DNA of 64,000 bases. It comes from an uncultured Gemmatimonadales bacterium. Its GTDB lineage: Bacteria; Gemmatimonadota; Gemmatimonadetes; Longimicrobiales; RSA9. Positions 55,608 through 64,000 of this stretch are shown here, piece by piece. Below the pieces are notes generated by a model. That model was not told the DNA's origin. It ran no database searches and worked only from the letters and a program-made list of their open reading frames with translations. The stretch spans positions 384,001 to 448,000 of the forward strand of contig CAWAMW010000002.1 in assembly GCA_963783305.1 (NCBI GenBank), given 5' to 3'. Within the stretch, counting starts at the first letter, position 1, and the number at the start of each line of letters is the position of its first letter. The position numbers and the translations under genes were made by a program.

Positions 55608-57059
55608 TCAGCCGATCGGATCCGTAATGTGACAGGCGAAACATATCGCCGGGTTCCGCTCCTGCGCACGCCTCGGGTCGAACCCTTCACCGTGGGGGCT
55701 CACCTTGAACGCGCCCACGGTGGAGTGGCACTGGAGGCAGTCCGTCTGCTGATGGCAGCTGGCGCAGCTTTCGAGCGCCTGCCGCGCCGGGCGGCCATGC
55801 CGGAGCAGCCAGTTCGGCTCCGCGTCGTGGTAGCCCTGACCGAGGGCGCCCACGGTCTCGAAGCCCGCCTCCTGGTGGCACTCCCGGCAGAACGCCGCCG
55901 TGTCGTGGCAGCTGCTGCACTCCAGCTGTCGGCCGTACGCCTCCGCCGAGTGCCGTGCCATGAAGTTCGGCGGGTGGAAGACCGGTCCGGCCAGCGCCCT
56001 CGGCATCACCGCCTGCACCGATGAGGCCTCGTGACAGTCGCTGCACTCGTTGCGAACGTGGCACGAGGTACACGACGACGCGTCCGCCGCGGCCAGCGCG
56101 CCGTGCTCGGTCGTGAAGGACGGGGTCGTATGCGACGGGGGCAGGCGCGGCTCCAGGAGCACGCCCGGCGCCCGCACACGTGATGCGTCCGGCAGTCGTG
56201 CGGCCACGTCCGGCAGCCGAACGGAGTGGCAGGCCGCGCAGTCGTTCTGCGTGTGGCAGGTGGAGCAGCTCTGCACGCTGGCCATGTCGCCGTGGACCTC
56301 GAGGAAGTCCGGGGCCTGGTGGCTGGGCGGGAGGAAGTAGTGTGCGGCATAGCGCGGCAGCTCCAGCGACTCGGGCGCCCGGGGTATGCGCGCGATCTCC
56401 GGCACCACTTCCGCGTTCACGTGGCAGCTCGTGCACCGCTCCTGCGTGTGGCAGGTGGAGCACCGGGCCGGCTCCGTCGCCGCCAGCCGGCCGTGCGTCT
56501 CCCGGAGGAACTCGCCGGTGGCGTGGTCGGCCGGGTAGGGCAGCGAGGCGAGCCAGGGGCTGCCCATCTCCGTCTCCGCGGCGGGACCGTGACATACGGC
56601 GCAGGGCGCGTCCACCAGGTGATCCTCCGCCGGGTGCCCGTGACAGGAAAGGCACTGCGGCAGCACCAGCTCACCCCGCACCTGCATCCGCCCGGCACCC
56701 TCGGGGATGTGGCACGCCTCGCACTCCAGCGCCCCTTCGCCGGCCCGCTGTGCGGCGGCCATGTGCGCCGGGTGCGTGAACCGCATCGGCTCCGGCTCGT
56801 CCACCGCAGGGGGCGTCCAGTCAACGCTGTCCATGTCCACGCCGTCGTGGCAGCCGGCACACAGCTGCGGCTCAGGGTAGAAGGCCGCGAGGTTCCCCTC
56901 GGGGACGCCCTCGTGACAGCCCACGCAGAAGGGGAACAGCCCCGCGTGCTCCGAATGCGGGAAAGCCTCCTCCTGTCCGCCCCGCGCGCTCATGGCGAGG
57001 ACGAGGACGGCCAGCGCGGCGGCCGCCACCACGCCCAGGCCCAGCGCCAGACGCTTCAT
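55608..57059 (-). CDS. 16-heme c-type cytochrome (cytochrome c3-like N-terminus plus paired-CxxCH repeats)
   Basis: Signal/anchor; FPHSEH and FTHPAH; 16 CxxCH motifs counted by eye; ATGA overlap with the porin gene. Confidence 0.92.
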   Translation of the reverse strand: MKRLALGLGVVAAAALAVLVLAMSARGGQEEAFPHSEHAGLFPFCVGCHEGVPEGNLAAFYPEPQLCAGCHDGVDMDSVDWTPPAVDEPEPMRFTHPAHMAAAQRAGEGALECEACHIPEGAGRMQVRGELVLPQCLSCHGHPAEDHLVDAPCAVCHGPAAETEMGSPWLASLPYPADHATGEFLRETHGRLAATEPARCSTCHTQERCTSCHVNAEVVPEIARIPRAPESLELPRYAAHYFLPPSHQAPDFLEVHGDMASVQSCSTCHTQNDCAACHSVRLPDVAARLPDASRVRAPGVLLEPRLPPSHTTPSFTTEHGALAAADASSCTSCHVRNECSDCHEASSVQAVMPRALAGPVFHPPNFMARHSAEAYGRQLECSSCHDTAAFCRECHQEAGFETVGALGQGYHDAEPNWLLRHGRPARQALESCASCHQQTDCLQCHSTVGAFKVSPHGEGFDPRRAQERNPAICFACHITDPIG

Positions 57060-58561
57060 GGGCGCCCCCTCAGACCGGGATCGGCGCCGAAAGGGACCGA
57101 GAGGATCGTGTACATGCGGACCTGGTTCCAGTCCGCCTGTCCCGGTCGATTCTCGGACGCCTGGTGGTACAGGTCCGCGCCCGCATTCAGCCGCGCCCGC
57201 CACGGCAGCTCGGCCGTGCCTCCCACACCCATCCCCAACACCATGTTCTCTCCCACCCGGAACTGCTCGATCTGCTGGAATGCGCTCGCCCGCGCCATGA
57301 GCGACCACTCCGCCGTCGGTGCCCAGCGCACGTTCACGTCACCGGAGCTCAGGAACGCGCCGAAGCCCGTCTCGAGCCGGTACTCCCCCGTGGCCAGCCA
57401 CGGGCCGTCGGACCACCGGGCCCCGATACCGTACCGCTCCGAACGGTCCGTGATGGGCGGCCCGATCACGTTGATCTCCGGGTCGCCGTACTCCCGCCAT
57501 CCGGCCGAGGCCCACATGGTAAGCGGCGCGTACCGGGCCACCTTCACCTCCACCTCCGCCTCGTCGTAGGGCGTCGGTGAGAAGAATCCCCAGATCGTCG
57601 ACAGCTCGAAGTAGGGGAGGTAGCGACGGCCCGTCAGCTCGACCCATCCCCACTCGCCCGGCAGGCGGGACTGCAGCGTGAGGTGCGCCTTCCCGACCCG
57701 ATCGAAGGCCCAGTCGTAATCGAGGGAGCCGTCCATGCGAAGCGATCCCGGAAGCTCGGAGCGGACGTCCAGCGACGCCCGCTCGGAGATCAGGCCATCG
57801 TGGTCCGCCCAGATCTCGCGTTGATAGCGCGCCCCCACCGAGGTGCCGCGCCGCGGCGACAGCTCCACGAACGCGCCCACCAGCTGCGCATCCTGGTCCA
57901 GCACGAAGCTTTCGATCCCCTGGAGCGCCTCGTGACGCGGCTCACTGAGCCCGCGCGCCAGGCTCCGGCCGCCGTACGCCTCCACTCGCACCCAGTGTAC
58001 CGGGTCCAGTGCCAGCTCGACGCCGTCGAACCCGGAGAAGCCGAGTCCGGAGGCCGTGCGCTGCCGCCCCACCCGGACGCGGACGAAGTCGCGCTGGAGC
58101 TGCGCGTAGGCGAGGATCGCATCGAAATCGTCGTCGCTGCCGGGCCAGACCAGCTCACCGCCGCTCAGGTCCGCCCGGGCGCGCAGAAGGACGGTGGCGC
58201 TCAGCCCCCGCAACCCGAGGCCCCATGCCGTGGCGGAAAGGTCCTGCGTGGCCACCACCCCGTGAGCAACGTCCGCGGATCGGTAACGCACACAGTCGCC
58301 GCCGCCGGGGAGGCAGTACACGGGATCGCCGTCGAAGCTGGTGGCGCCATCCTCGCCGAACAGAACATCGGCAAGCGCCACGGTGTCCAGCCCGATGGGC
58401 CGCAGGGTGAGGTATCGCACGTTCGTCACGGCCGTGCCCCGCACCCCCTGCGCGTGGAGCGCAGTCGGCAGTGCGGCGGCCAGTCCGAGCCACAGGGCCA
58501 GGAGCGGCACTGCGCCAGCTCCCGGGACCTTCCACGATTGGGTTCGCATCACGCTGTGCAT
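57056..58561 (-). CDS. Outer-membrane beta-barrel (candidate porin of a porin-cytochrome complex)
   Basis: Signal peptide (ALHAQ); RVRVGRQ...FDGV; many alternating hydrophobic strands; lies between two multiheme cytochrome genes. Confidence 0.75.
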   Translation of the reverse strand: MHSVMRTQSWKVPGAGAVPLLALWLGLAAALPTALHAQGVRGTAVTNVRYLTLRPIGLDTVALADVLFGEDGATSFDGDPVYCLPGGGDCVRYRSADVAHGVVATQDLSATAWGLGLRGLSATVLLRARADLSGGELVWPGSDDDFDAILAYAQLQRDFVRVRVGRQRTASGLGFSGFDGVELALDPVHWVRVEAYGGRSLARGLSEPRHEALQGIESFVLDQDAQLVGAFVELSPRRGTSVGARYQREIWADHDGLISERASLDVRSELPGSLRMDGSLDYDWAFDRVGKAHLTLQSRLPGEWGWVELTGRRYLPYFELSTIWGFFSPTPYDEAEVEVKVARYAPLTMWASAGWREYGDPEINVIGPPITDRSERYGIGARWSDGPWLATGEYRLETGFGAFLSSGDVNVRWAPTAEWSLMARASAFQQIEQFRVGENMVLGMGVGGTAELPWRARLNAGADLYHQASENRPGQADWNQVRMYTILSVPFGADPGLRGRP

Positions 58562-58569
58562 CCCCCGGG

Positions 58570-60081
58570 CTAACGTGCCGCGGACCGAGCGGAAGCCCCG
58601 CCGTAGCGGGCTCGCATGGCGTCAATGCTCTCCTGCAGCAGCGCGCGGATCAGCGCCGGGTTGTGCGTGGCCGTCCCCGCCAGCGCCCGCTGGAGCGCCT
58701 CCGTGCTCGACGGGAACCCGTCCGGGTGCACCGCCAGCGACAGGTTGAACAACGCACCCTCCGCCACGGTGAAGATCCGGTCGTCATTGTCGATCTCGCC
58801 GCCATCGCCGGTGAGGTTGGGATCGGCGGCCAGCAGCAGCCCCCGGAGCTCGCGGACCAGCGCCACCAGCTCCAGCGTGGTCGCACGCAGCTTCTCAGCC
58901 GCCTCCTCCTCGCTGGCGTGGCACTCCGCGCACCCCTTGAAGCTGCGGGCCTCCACCGTAAGCGCGCACTCGTCGGCGCCCGACGGCAACCCGTTCGCCC
59001 CCACGCACGGGGCCGCCCGGAAGCCGTGCCCCGCCGTGTGGAACTCCGTGCCGGTCAACGTGTCCTCAACCGTGTACGGCACCACGTGGCAGCTGCCGCA
59101 CATCCGCGCATTGGACGCGCCGCCGTGCGGACCCTCCACCTCACCCGGCTCCAGCGGTGCGGCGGGCGGGAACCACCCGGCCGTACCTGCCAGCAGCCCC
59201 GTCTCCGGCGAGTGCGGGCCCAACCACTCCTGGACTCCCTGTGTGTCCGGGTTGGCGTGTCGGTCGTGGCACTGCGCGCACAGCGTCTGCTCCACGGCCA
59301 CACCTCCCAGCGGGAAGCGCAACTGGCCCTCGTTGCGCGCGCTGTGCGGGTCGTGGCAGACGGCGCAGGTAATCTGGGCGTCGTGGGAGGCGCTCGACAG
59401 CAGCTCCTGCTTGCCCAGGTAGTCCGCGGTCACGCCCAGCCGCAGCAGCGCGCCCTCGCCCGTGTGGCAGCTCGCGCACTCCGGCGCCCGGATCGCAGGC
59501 GGAAGGGTGACCTCCGCGTGGGGTGAGCTCTCCCACTCCTCCACGAACGGGTGATGCGCGCCCTGGTGGCACTCGCCACACCCGAAGGACAGGTCTATGC
59601 CCACGTCCACCGGCGCCAGCGGCACGTTGCCCGGGCCGGGCGCCATGACGTGCTCCAGCCCCGGACCGTGGCAGCTCTCGCACTGCACGTCCAGGTAACG
59701 GCCGTCCTCCGTGGTCACCGCGGCATGGCCGCCCTGGACCTCACCATCCTCCTCCGCCACGATATTGCCCAGGGAGTTGACCGTGTGGCACGCCTCGCAG
59801 AACTCACGCGCGCCGCCGCTCGCCTGCAGACCCTCCCACGCAGACGCGTGCGCCGTCTGCTGCCACTGCGCCTGGTAGTCGCCATGGCAGGCGCCGCAGA
59901 CCGTCAGCTTGTCATCGCTCGGCGGATCCAGGTAGCCGACGAAGCCGCCCGCGTCCCCGATCGCTCCGCTGAAGATCGGACGATCGTCGTAGACCACACC
60001 CTCGTCGACGCACGAACCCAGCGCCAGCGCTCCCGCGACGACCAGAAGGACTTCGGCCGCACGCTTGCCCATCGTTCTCAT
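58570..60081 (-). CDS. Nonaheme c-type cytochrome lipoprotein (c554/c552-like modules)
   Basis: LALGSC lipobox; 9 CxxCH (CGACH, CEACH, CESCH, CGECH, CASCH, CAVCH, CAQCH, CGSCH, CAECH); WQQTAH, VQCESCHGPG, EWESSPH and THNP. Confidence 0.92.
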   Translation of the reverse strand: MRTMGKRAAEVLLVVAGALALGSCVDEGVVYDDRPIFSGAIGDAGGFVGYLDPPSDDKLTVCGACHGDYQAQWQQTAHASAWEGLQASGGAREFCEACHTVNSLGNIVAEEDGEVQGGHAAVTTEDGRYLDVQCESCHGPGLEHVMAPGPGNVPLAPVDVGIDLSFGCGECHQGAHHPFVEEWESSPHAEVTLPPAIRAPECASCHTGEGALLRLGVTADYLGKQELLSSASHDAQITCAVCHDPHSARNEGQLRFPLGGVAVEQTLCAQCHDRHANPDTQGVQEWLGPHSPETGLLAGTAGWFPPAAPLEPGEVEGPHGGASNARMCGSCHVVPYTVEDTLTGTEFHTAGHGFRAAPCVGANGLPSGADECALTVEARSFKGCAECHASEEEAAEKLRATTLELVALVRELRGLLLAADPNLTGDGGEIDNDDRIFTVAEGALFNLSLAVHPDGFPSSTEALQRALAGTATHNPALIRALLQESIDAMRARYGGASARSAAR

Positions 60082-60296
60082 TCCGCCCCCGTTCGACATC
60101 TGGCTGAAGGCTCCGGCATGGCTCGCAGCGCCCCCGTTTTCAGCATCCGAAAGAGGCGCCCGGGCTCGTTGGAAGTCAAGTCGGGCCGATCCCTGAATCG
60201 GCGTCCGGGTTTTCCCCACGGTGCTGCGCCGCCACCAAAGCACCCGGGCGTCCCGGCAACTGGACCGCCCACCCCCGCGCAGGGTAGGATCTTTCC

Positions 60297-61520
60297 ATGC
60301 CGACCGATCCCCCCGACATCACGCACGCGCTCAAGCGCCGCGCCACCCTCGAGGGGTTCAACCTCGTCGGTGTGGCCGCGCTCCAGGCCAGTGATCATGG
60401 GTCGTTCTATCGCTGGTGGCTGGAGCACGGACTCCACGGCTCCATGGAATACCTGGCTCGCGACGACGCCGTCGAGGCCCGGTTGGACCCGCTCGCCCGC
60501 TGGCCCGAGCTGCGCTCCGCGCTGGTCGTGGCCCACGAGTACGGCACCGCCGAGCCGGGCGATGCCGTCGACCCGCCCGACCGCGGCACCATCGCCCGCT
60601 ACGCCCGCGGCCGCGATTACCACAAGGTCGTGAAGAAGAAGCTGCTCCGGCTCCTCGGCTGGCTCGAGGCGGAGGTCGGACGCGATCTTCCCCACGCGCA
60701 CGCGTATGTGGACACCGGTCCTATCCTCGAACGCGACCTGGCCCGCCGGGCGGGAATCGGCTGGCAGGGCCGCAACACCATGCTCATCAACCCGCGCCGC
60801 GGCTCCTACTTCTTCCTCGGCTCCCTCCTGCTCCCACTCGAGCTGGAGCCCGACGAGCCGTTCACCGCCGACCACTGTGGCACCTGCACCGCCTGCCTCG
60901 ACGCCTGCCCCACCGGCGCACTGCTGGGCCGCGACGAGACCGGCGCGCCGGTCATGGACGCCACCCGCTGCATCTCGTACCTCACCATCGAGAACCGGGG
61001 CGCGATCCCGGAGGAGCTCAGGCCGCTCACGGGCAACCGCATCTACGGGTGCGACATCTGCCAGGAGGTGTGTCCGTTCAACCGTAAGTTCTCACCACCA
61101 GGGGTTGAGCCGGCGTATGCGGCGCGATCCCCGGGAGAATCGCCGTTCGGCGTGCAGCGGGCGCCAGGCTCGTCGTCCTCCCATCCCGGGACGGAGGCGC
61201 CATCATTGATCGCGCTGCTGGAGACTGCACTCGATGAGTCTGCATGGAACTCGTTCTCGAGGGGCTCGGCCATTCGCCGAGCCGGCCGGGCCGGCTTCGC
61301 GCGCAACGTCTGCTTAGCGCTCGGCAACTGGGGATCAGTCGACGCGGTACCGGTGCTGACTCGGGCGCTGTCTGACCCGGAGCCGCTTGTCCGCGCGCAC
61401 GCTGCCTGGGCGCTCGGCCGGATCCCGTCCAGTTCCGCTGCATCCGCACTCGAGGTGCAGGCTGCGAGCGAGTCGGATCCATCGGTCTCGAAGGAGGTCG
61501 CGGCCGCGCTTGGGAGCTGA
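60297..61520 (+). CDS. queG: tRNA epoxyqueuosine(34) reductase
   Basis: IARYARGRDYH, VDTGPILER, CGTCTACLDACP, RCISYLTIE, GCDICQEVCPFN and HEAT-like VRAHAAWALG. Confidence 0.95.
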   Translation: MPTDPPDITHALKRRATLEGFNLVGVAALQASDHGSFYRWWLEHGLHGSMEYLARDDAVEARLDPLARWPELRSALVVAHEYGTAEPGDAVDPPDRGTIARYARGRDYHKVVKKKLLRLLGWLEAEVGRDLPHAHAYVDTGPILERDLARRAGIGWQGRNTMLINPRRGSYFFLGSLLLPLELEPDEPFTADHCGTCTACLDACPTGALLGRDETGAPVMDATRCISYLTIENRGAIPEELRPLTGNRIYGCDICQEVCPFNRKFSPPGVEPAYAARSPGESPFGVQRAPGSSSSHPGTEAPSLIALLETALDESAWNSFSRGSAIRRAGRAGFARNVCLALGNWGSVDAVPVLTRALSDPEPLVRAHAAWALGRIPSSSAASALEVQAASESDPSVSKEVAAALGS

Positions 61521-61566
61521 CGGCCCAACGGGAAATACAGGCGCATGGGCAGCCTCTTCAGCCAGA

Positions 61567-62661
61567 CTACCCCCGTCTTGTTGTTGGCGCGCTTTCCACT
61601 GGCGATCCCGCATGCGATACCCGCATGCCTCGCTCCACGACGACGTCAGCCATGTCTGCGCCGTCGACGACAATGTCGGCGAAGCGGACCGGCAGGCCCA
61701 TCGCGGAATAGAAATCGGGGCGATCCTGCAGATGGAAATGCAGATGCGGCTCCGTGGAATTACCGGAGAACCCGCAGCGTCCGATGATGTCGCCCTGGCT
61801 GACGCTGTCTCCGACCTCCACCGGTATCGAGCCGGGGATGAGGTGCGCGTAGAAACCGTATTCGCCGTCGGCGTGCCGGATGATGACGTGATTGCCCGCC
61901 AGCTGTGTGGCGAGAAAATCCGGCATGAAGTACCCCGTGAACGGCGACTCGTGGTGCCCGTCGTGGAGCGCCACGATCTCTCCGCCCGCGGCGGCGAGGA
62001 CCGGCTCATCGTAGCAGTGGTAGTCCTCCAGGCGACGTCCGCTGCCGCGGTGCCGCGAGAACGCGGGATCTGCCTTCACGAAGTCATACGCGTAGCGCTG
62101 ATTCAGCACCTGCCATGAGTGGGACGTCTCGGGGCTGTGCCCGCCATGGTATACGAGCCATTCACCTTCCAGTGGAAGGCGATAGGTCACGCGCGTCCGG
62201 TAGTTCGCCACGTCTGTCCCGGCTCCGGCAAGGCGCCGTGACGCGGCCATCTGACCGAACGTGATTCGCAGCTGCTGCACCAGGAGGAACGGGTTGAACA
62301 CCGACAGGAACGTCGATGTGAGGAACGCGGCGGCCTGGCCTGGTCTGCCCGCTCTTCGGATGGGACCCGGCACCGGCCAGTCCAGCGCGGGGTGGCGCGT
62401 CGCCGCGATGGTATCGCTCCTGAAGACGTAGCGCTTGAAGATCCAGTTGCAGACCAGGTACAGGCCGAAATAGAGCGACCAGGAGTAAGCCGCCCCCCAT
62501 TGTACCTGCGCGAAGTGAACGAGGACGTACTGGATCGCCGTCGCTCCGGCCAGCGCGATCGACAAGGGATAAAGCCAACTCCAGAACGAACCGGCACGTC
62601 CGGCTCCCTTTGCGGGACCGGCCGTCGGGCTCTTCTTTCGGTTGGCGTCCATGATCGTCAT
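61567..62661 (-). CDS. Membrane-anchored M23-family metallopeptidase-like protein
   Basis: N-terminal TM segments; QRYAYDF, GNHVIIRH, YAHL and GFSGNSTEPHLHF. Confidence 0.85.
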   Translation of the reverse strand: MTIMDANRKKSPTAGPAKGAGRAGSFWSWLYPLSIALAGATAIQYVLVHFAQVQWGAAYSWSLYFGLYLVCNWIFKRYVFRSDTIAATRHPALDWPVPGPIRRAGRPGQAAAFLTSTFLSVFNPFLLVQQLRITFGQMAASRRLAGAGTDVANYRTRVTYRLPLEGEWLVYHGGHSPETSHSWQVLNQRYAYDFVKADPAFSRHRGSGRRLEDYHCYDEPVLAAAGGEIVALHDGHHESPFTGYFMPDFLATQLAGNHVIIRHADGEYGFYAHLIPGSIPVEVGDSVSQGDIIGRCGFSGNSTEPHLHFHLQDRPDFYSAMGLPVRFADIVVDGADMADVVVERGMRVSHAGSPVESAPTTRRG

Positions 62662-62677
62662 GTCCCGGGAGTGAGTT

Positions 62678-62936
62678 GCGGCGCGCGAGGGCAGGTGCGG
62701 GCGGGAGGAATGTCGGGGCTGTTTCGGAGATGAGCAACGCCGTAACGGAAAAGCCGACGTGGGACGTCTGGTCGCGCGGCTCTGCGATCCGGCGGGCCGT
62801 CGCGATCGGGAACTGGCTCGCTTCGGTGGACGAGCCGCCGGAAGAGGCGGTGGCGGTGCTGCGGGAGGCGCTGGAGAACGAGGAGGCGCTGGTGCGGGAC
62901 CACGCGGCGTGGGCGCTGGAGCGGGTCGTCGATTGA
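62678..62936 (+). pseudogene. queG: Orphan 3' fragment of queG
   Basis: WDVWSRGSAIRRA-VAIGNW...AVAVLREAL...LVRDHAAWALERV aligns with the queG C-terminus WNSFSRGSAIRRAGRAGFARNVCLALGNW...AVPVLTRAL...LVRAHAAWALGRI, with a ~10-aa deletion. Confidence 0.85.
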
Positions 62937-63229
62937 GCCGAAAACGCATGTGCGGTGTGCACCCCGAGTCTGGCCACGCCCCGCCGGTGCGGAGCGACCC
63001 GGTGCGCCAGGCTCCCGAAGCCCGGTCGCCCCCGTGCGGTCAATGTTCCGGACCTCAGGGCGATGAAGGTCTTCGATCGTCACGGCTTTGGGGTTCCTGC
63101 GATAGGATCCAGTCGGAGCTGTAATGGGAAAGGATGCCGGAATGGACCACCACGATGGTCTCGACAGGCTGGAAGCGACCGACCCCGGCTGGATCGCCTG
63201 CGCGGAGGGGCTGTCGTGAGCCGCGGTTT

Positions 63230-63254
63230 GTAGGCCCGGGAATCTCGCCCGGGC
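63230..63254 (+). repeat. Single GTAG-type REP-like hairpin
   Basis: GTAG followed by GCCCGGG-AATCTCG-CCCGGGC. Confidence 0.4.
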
Positions 63255-63302
63255 TCGGGACGCGGCATTCGCGGCCTCGAACCGAACGGTCGAGCGGGTG
63301 GA

Positions 63303-63998
63303 TCAACCCGTCTCGGCCGCCGCCACCGGAATCGTAAAGGAGAAGGTCGTACCCCGCCCAACCTCGCTCTCCACCTCGATCGAGCCCGCGTGTGCCTCCA
63401 CGATGCCGCGCGTGATGGCGAGGCCGAGCCCTGCCCCGCCTCGGCGGACTTCGCTGGATTGCCAGAATCGGTCGAAGAGGTGCGCGAGGTCAGGTGTCGC
63501 GATCCCCGGGCCGTCGTCGGAGACGGTGACTCGCGCTACCTGGCCTTCGCGCATCACCCCGATGGAGATGGTGCCGTCTTCGGGCGTGAACTTGACGGCA
63601 TTGCCCACCAGGTTGGCGAGGACCTGCAGCAGCCTGGCCCGGTCGGCCTGCACGACCAGCCCCTCGCCTTCATCGAAATAGAACTCGTGCTGCGCCGCGG
63701 GGGTGCCCGCGCCGAACATGTCCCGGACCTCCTCGAGTACCGAGCCGATATCGACAGCCTCCAACTGTACCGAGAGCTTTCCCGCCTCGATGCTACTTAC
63801 GTCCAGCAGGTCAGCGACCAGCCGGTTCATCCGGTCCGCTGAGCGGACGATGAGTTGCAGGCTGCGACGCCCTTGATCTTCGACCAGGCCCGCTTCTGCA
63901 ATGAACTCCGCCGCCATCCTGATCGTAGCCACCGGATTGCGGAGGTCATGAGCGACGATACCCATGACTTCATCCCGCATCCGGATGGCGTCTCGCGC
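63303..63998 (-). CDS. Sensor histidine kinase, C-terminal part (runs off the window)
   Basis: VAHDLRNP H-box, NLVGNAVKF N-box, DDGPGI, LFDRF and GAGLGL; frame open to the window end. Confidence 0.93.
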   Translation of the reverse strand, partial: ARDAIRMRDEVMGIVAHDLRNPVATIRMAAEFIAEAGLVEDQGRRSLQLIVRSADRMNRLVADLLDVSSIEAGKLSVQLEAVDIGSVLEEVRDMFGAGTPAAQHEFYFDEGEGLVVQADRARLLQVLANLVGNAVKFTPEDGTISIGVMREGQVARVTVSDDGPGIATPDLAHLFDRFWQSSEVRRGGAGLGLAITRGIVEAHAGSIEVESEVGRGTTFSFTIPVAAAETG

Positions 63999-64000
63999 CT

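Noticed and set aside
50695..60081. NrfA nitrite reductase or hydroxylamine oxidoreductase assignment for the cytochromes
   Set aside because: No CxxCK motif, heme counts of 6, 9 and 16 do not fit, and there is no nrfH/nrfBCD context.
62940..63300. Small ORFs or ncRNA between the queG remnant and the kinase
   Set aside because: No recognisable motifs, RBS or RNA family features beyond one REP-like hairpin.

Overview
High-GC bacterial chromosomal window with about 57 genes. Gene content is most consistent with a diderm such as Gemmatimonadota (inference). No rRNA, tRNA, cas genes, integrase or transposase were found. Main blocks in order: glycogen debranching/TreT-like sugar genes; a DUF2892-ECF sigma-ZAS anti-sigma operon; an M19 dipeptidase-DUF2911 fusion; DUF763-MFS; an ATP-grasp/SET fusion operon; a CbiMQO Co/Ni transporter; a TolC-MFP-two-RND pump with sodC; lhr-nei; an AbiEi/DUF559 nuclease; a PadR operon; a multiheme cytochrome/porin cluster; queG; and a partial histidine kinase. 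Four signals stand out. (1) The AbiEi-DUF559 nuclease gene is followed by a ~62-bp-period array of 35-bp palindromes bracketed by simple tandem repeats, and an orphan locus at 16.8-17.3 kb has the same three-part layout and the same 62-bp period but a different repeat sequence. (2) A candidate porin-cytochrome electron conduit (9-heme lipoprotein, beta-barrel, 16-heme cytochrome, TPR lipoprotein) lies near a collagen-stalked 6-heme lipoprotein. (3) The 3' end of queG appears to have been replaced, with a second, decayed queG 3' end lying beyond an M23 peptidase cargo gene. (4) An ATP-grasp-SET methyltransferase fusion is coupled to a GNAT and a cyclophilin. All family assignments come from motif recognition by eye, not database searches. 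Start codons were adjusted by eye.
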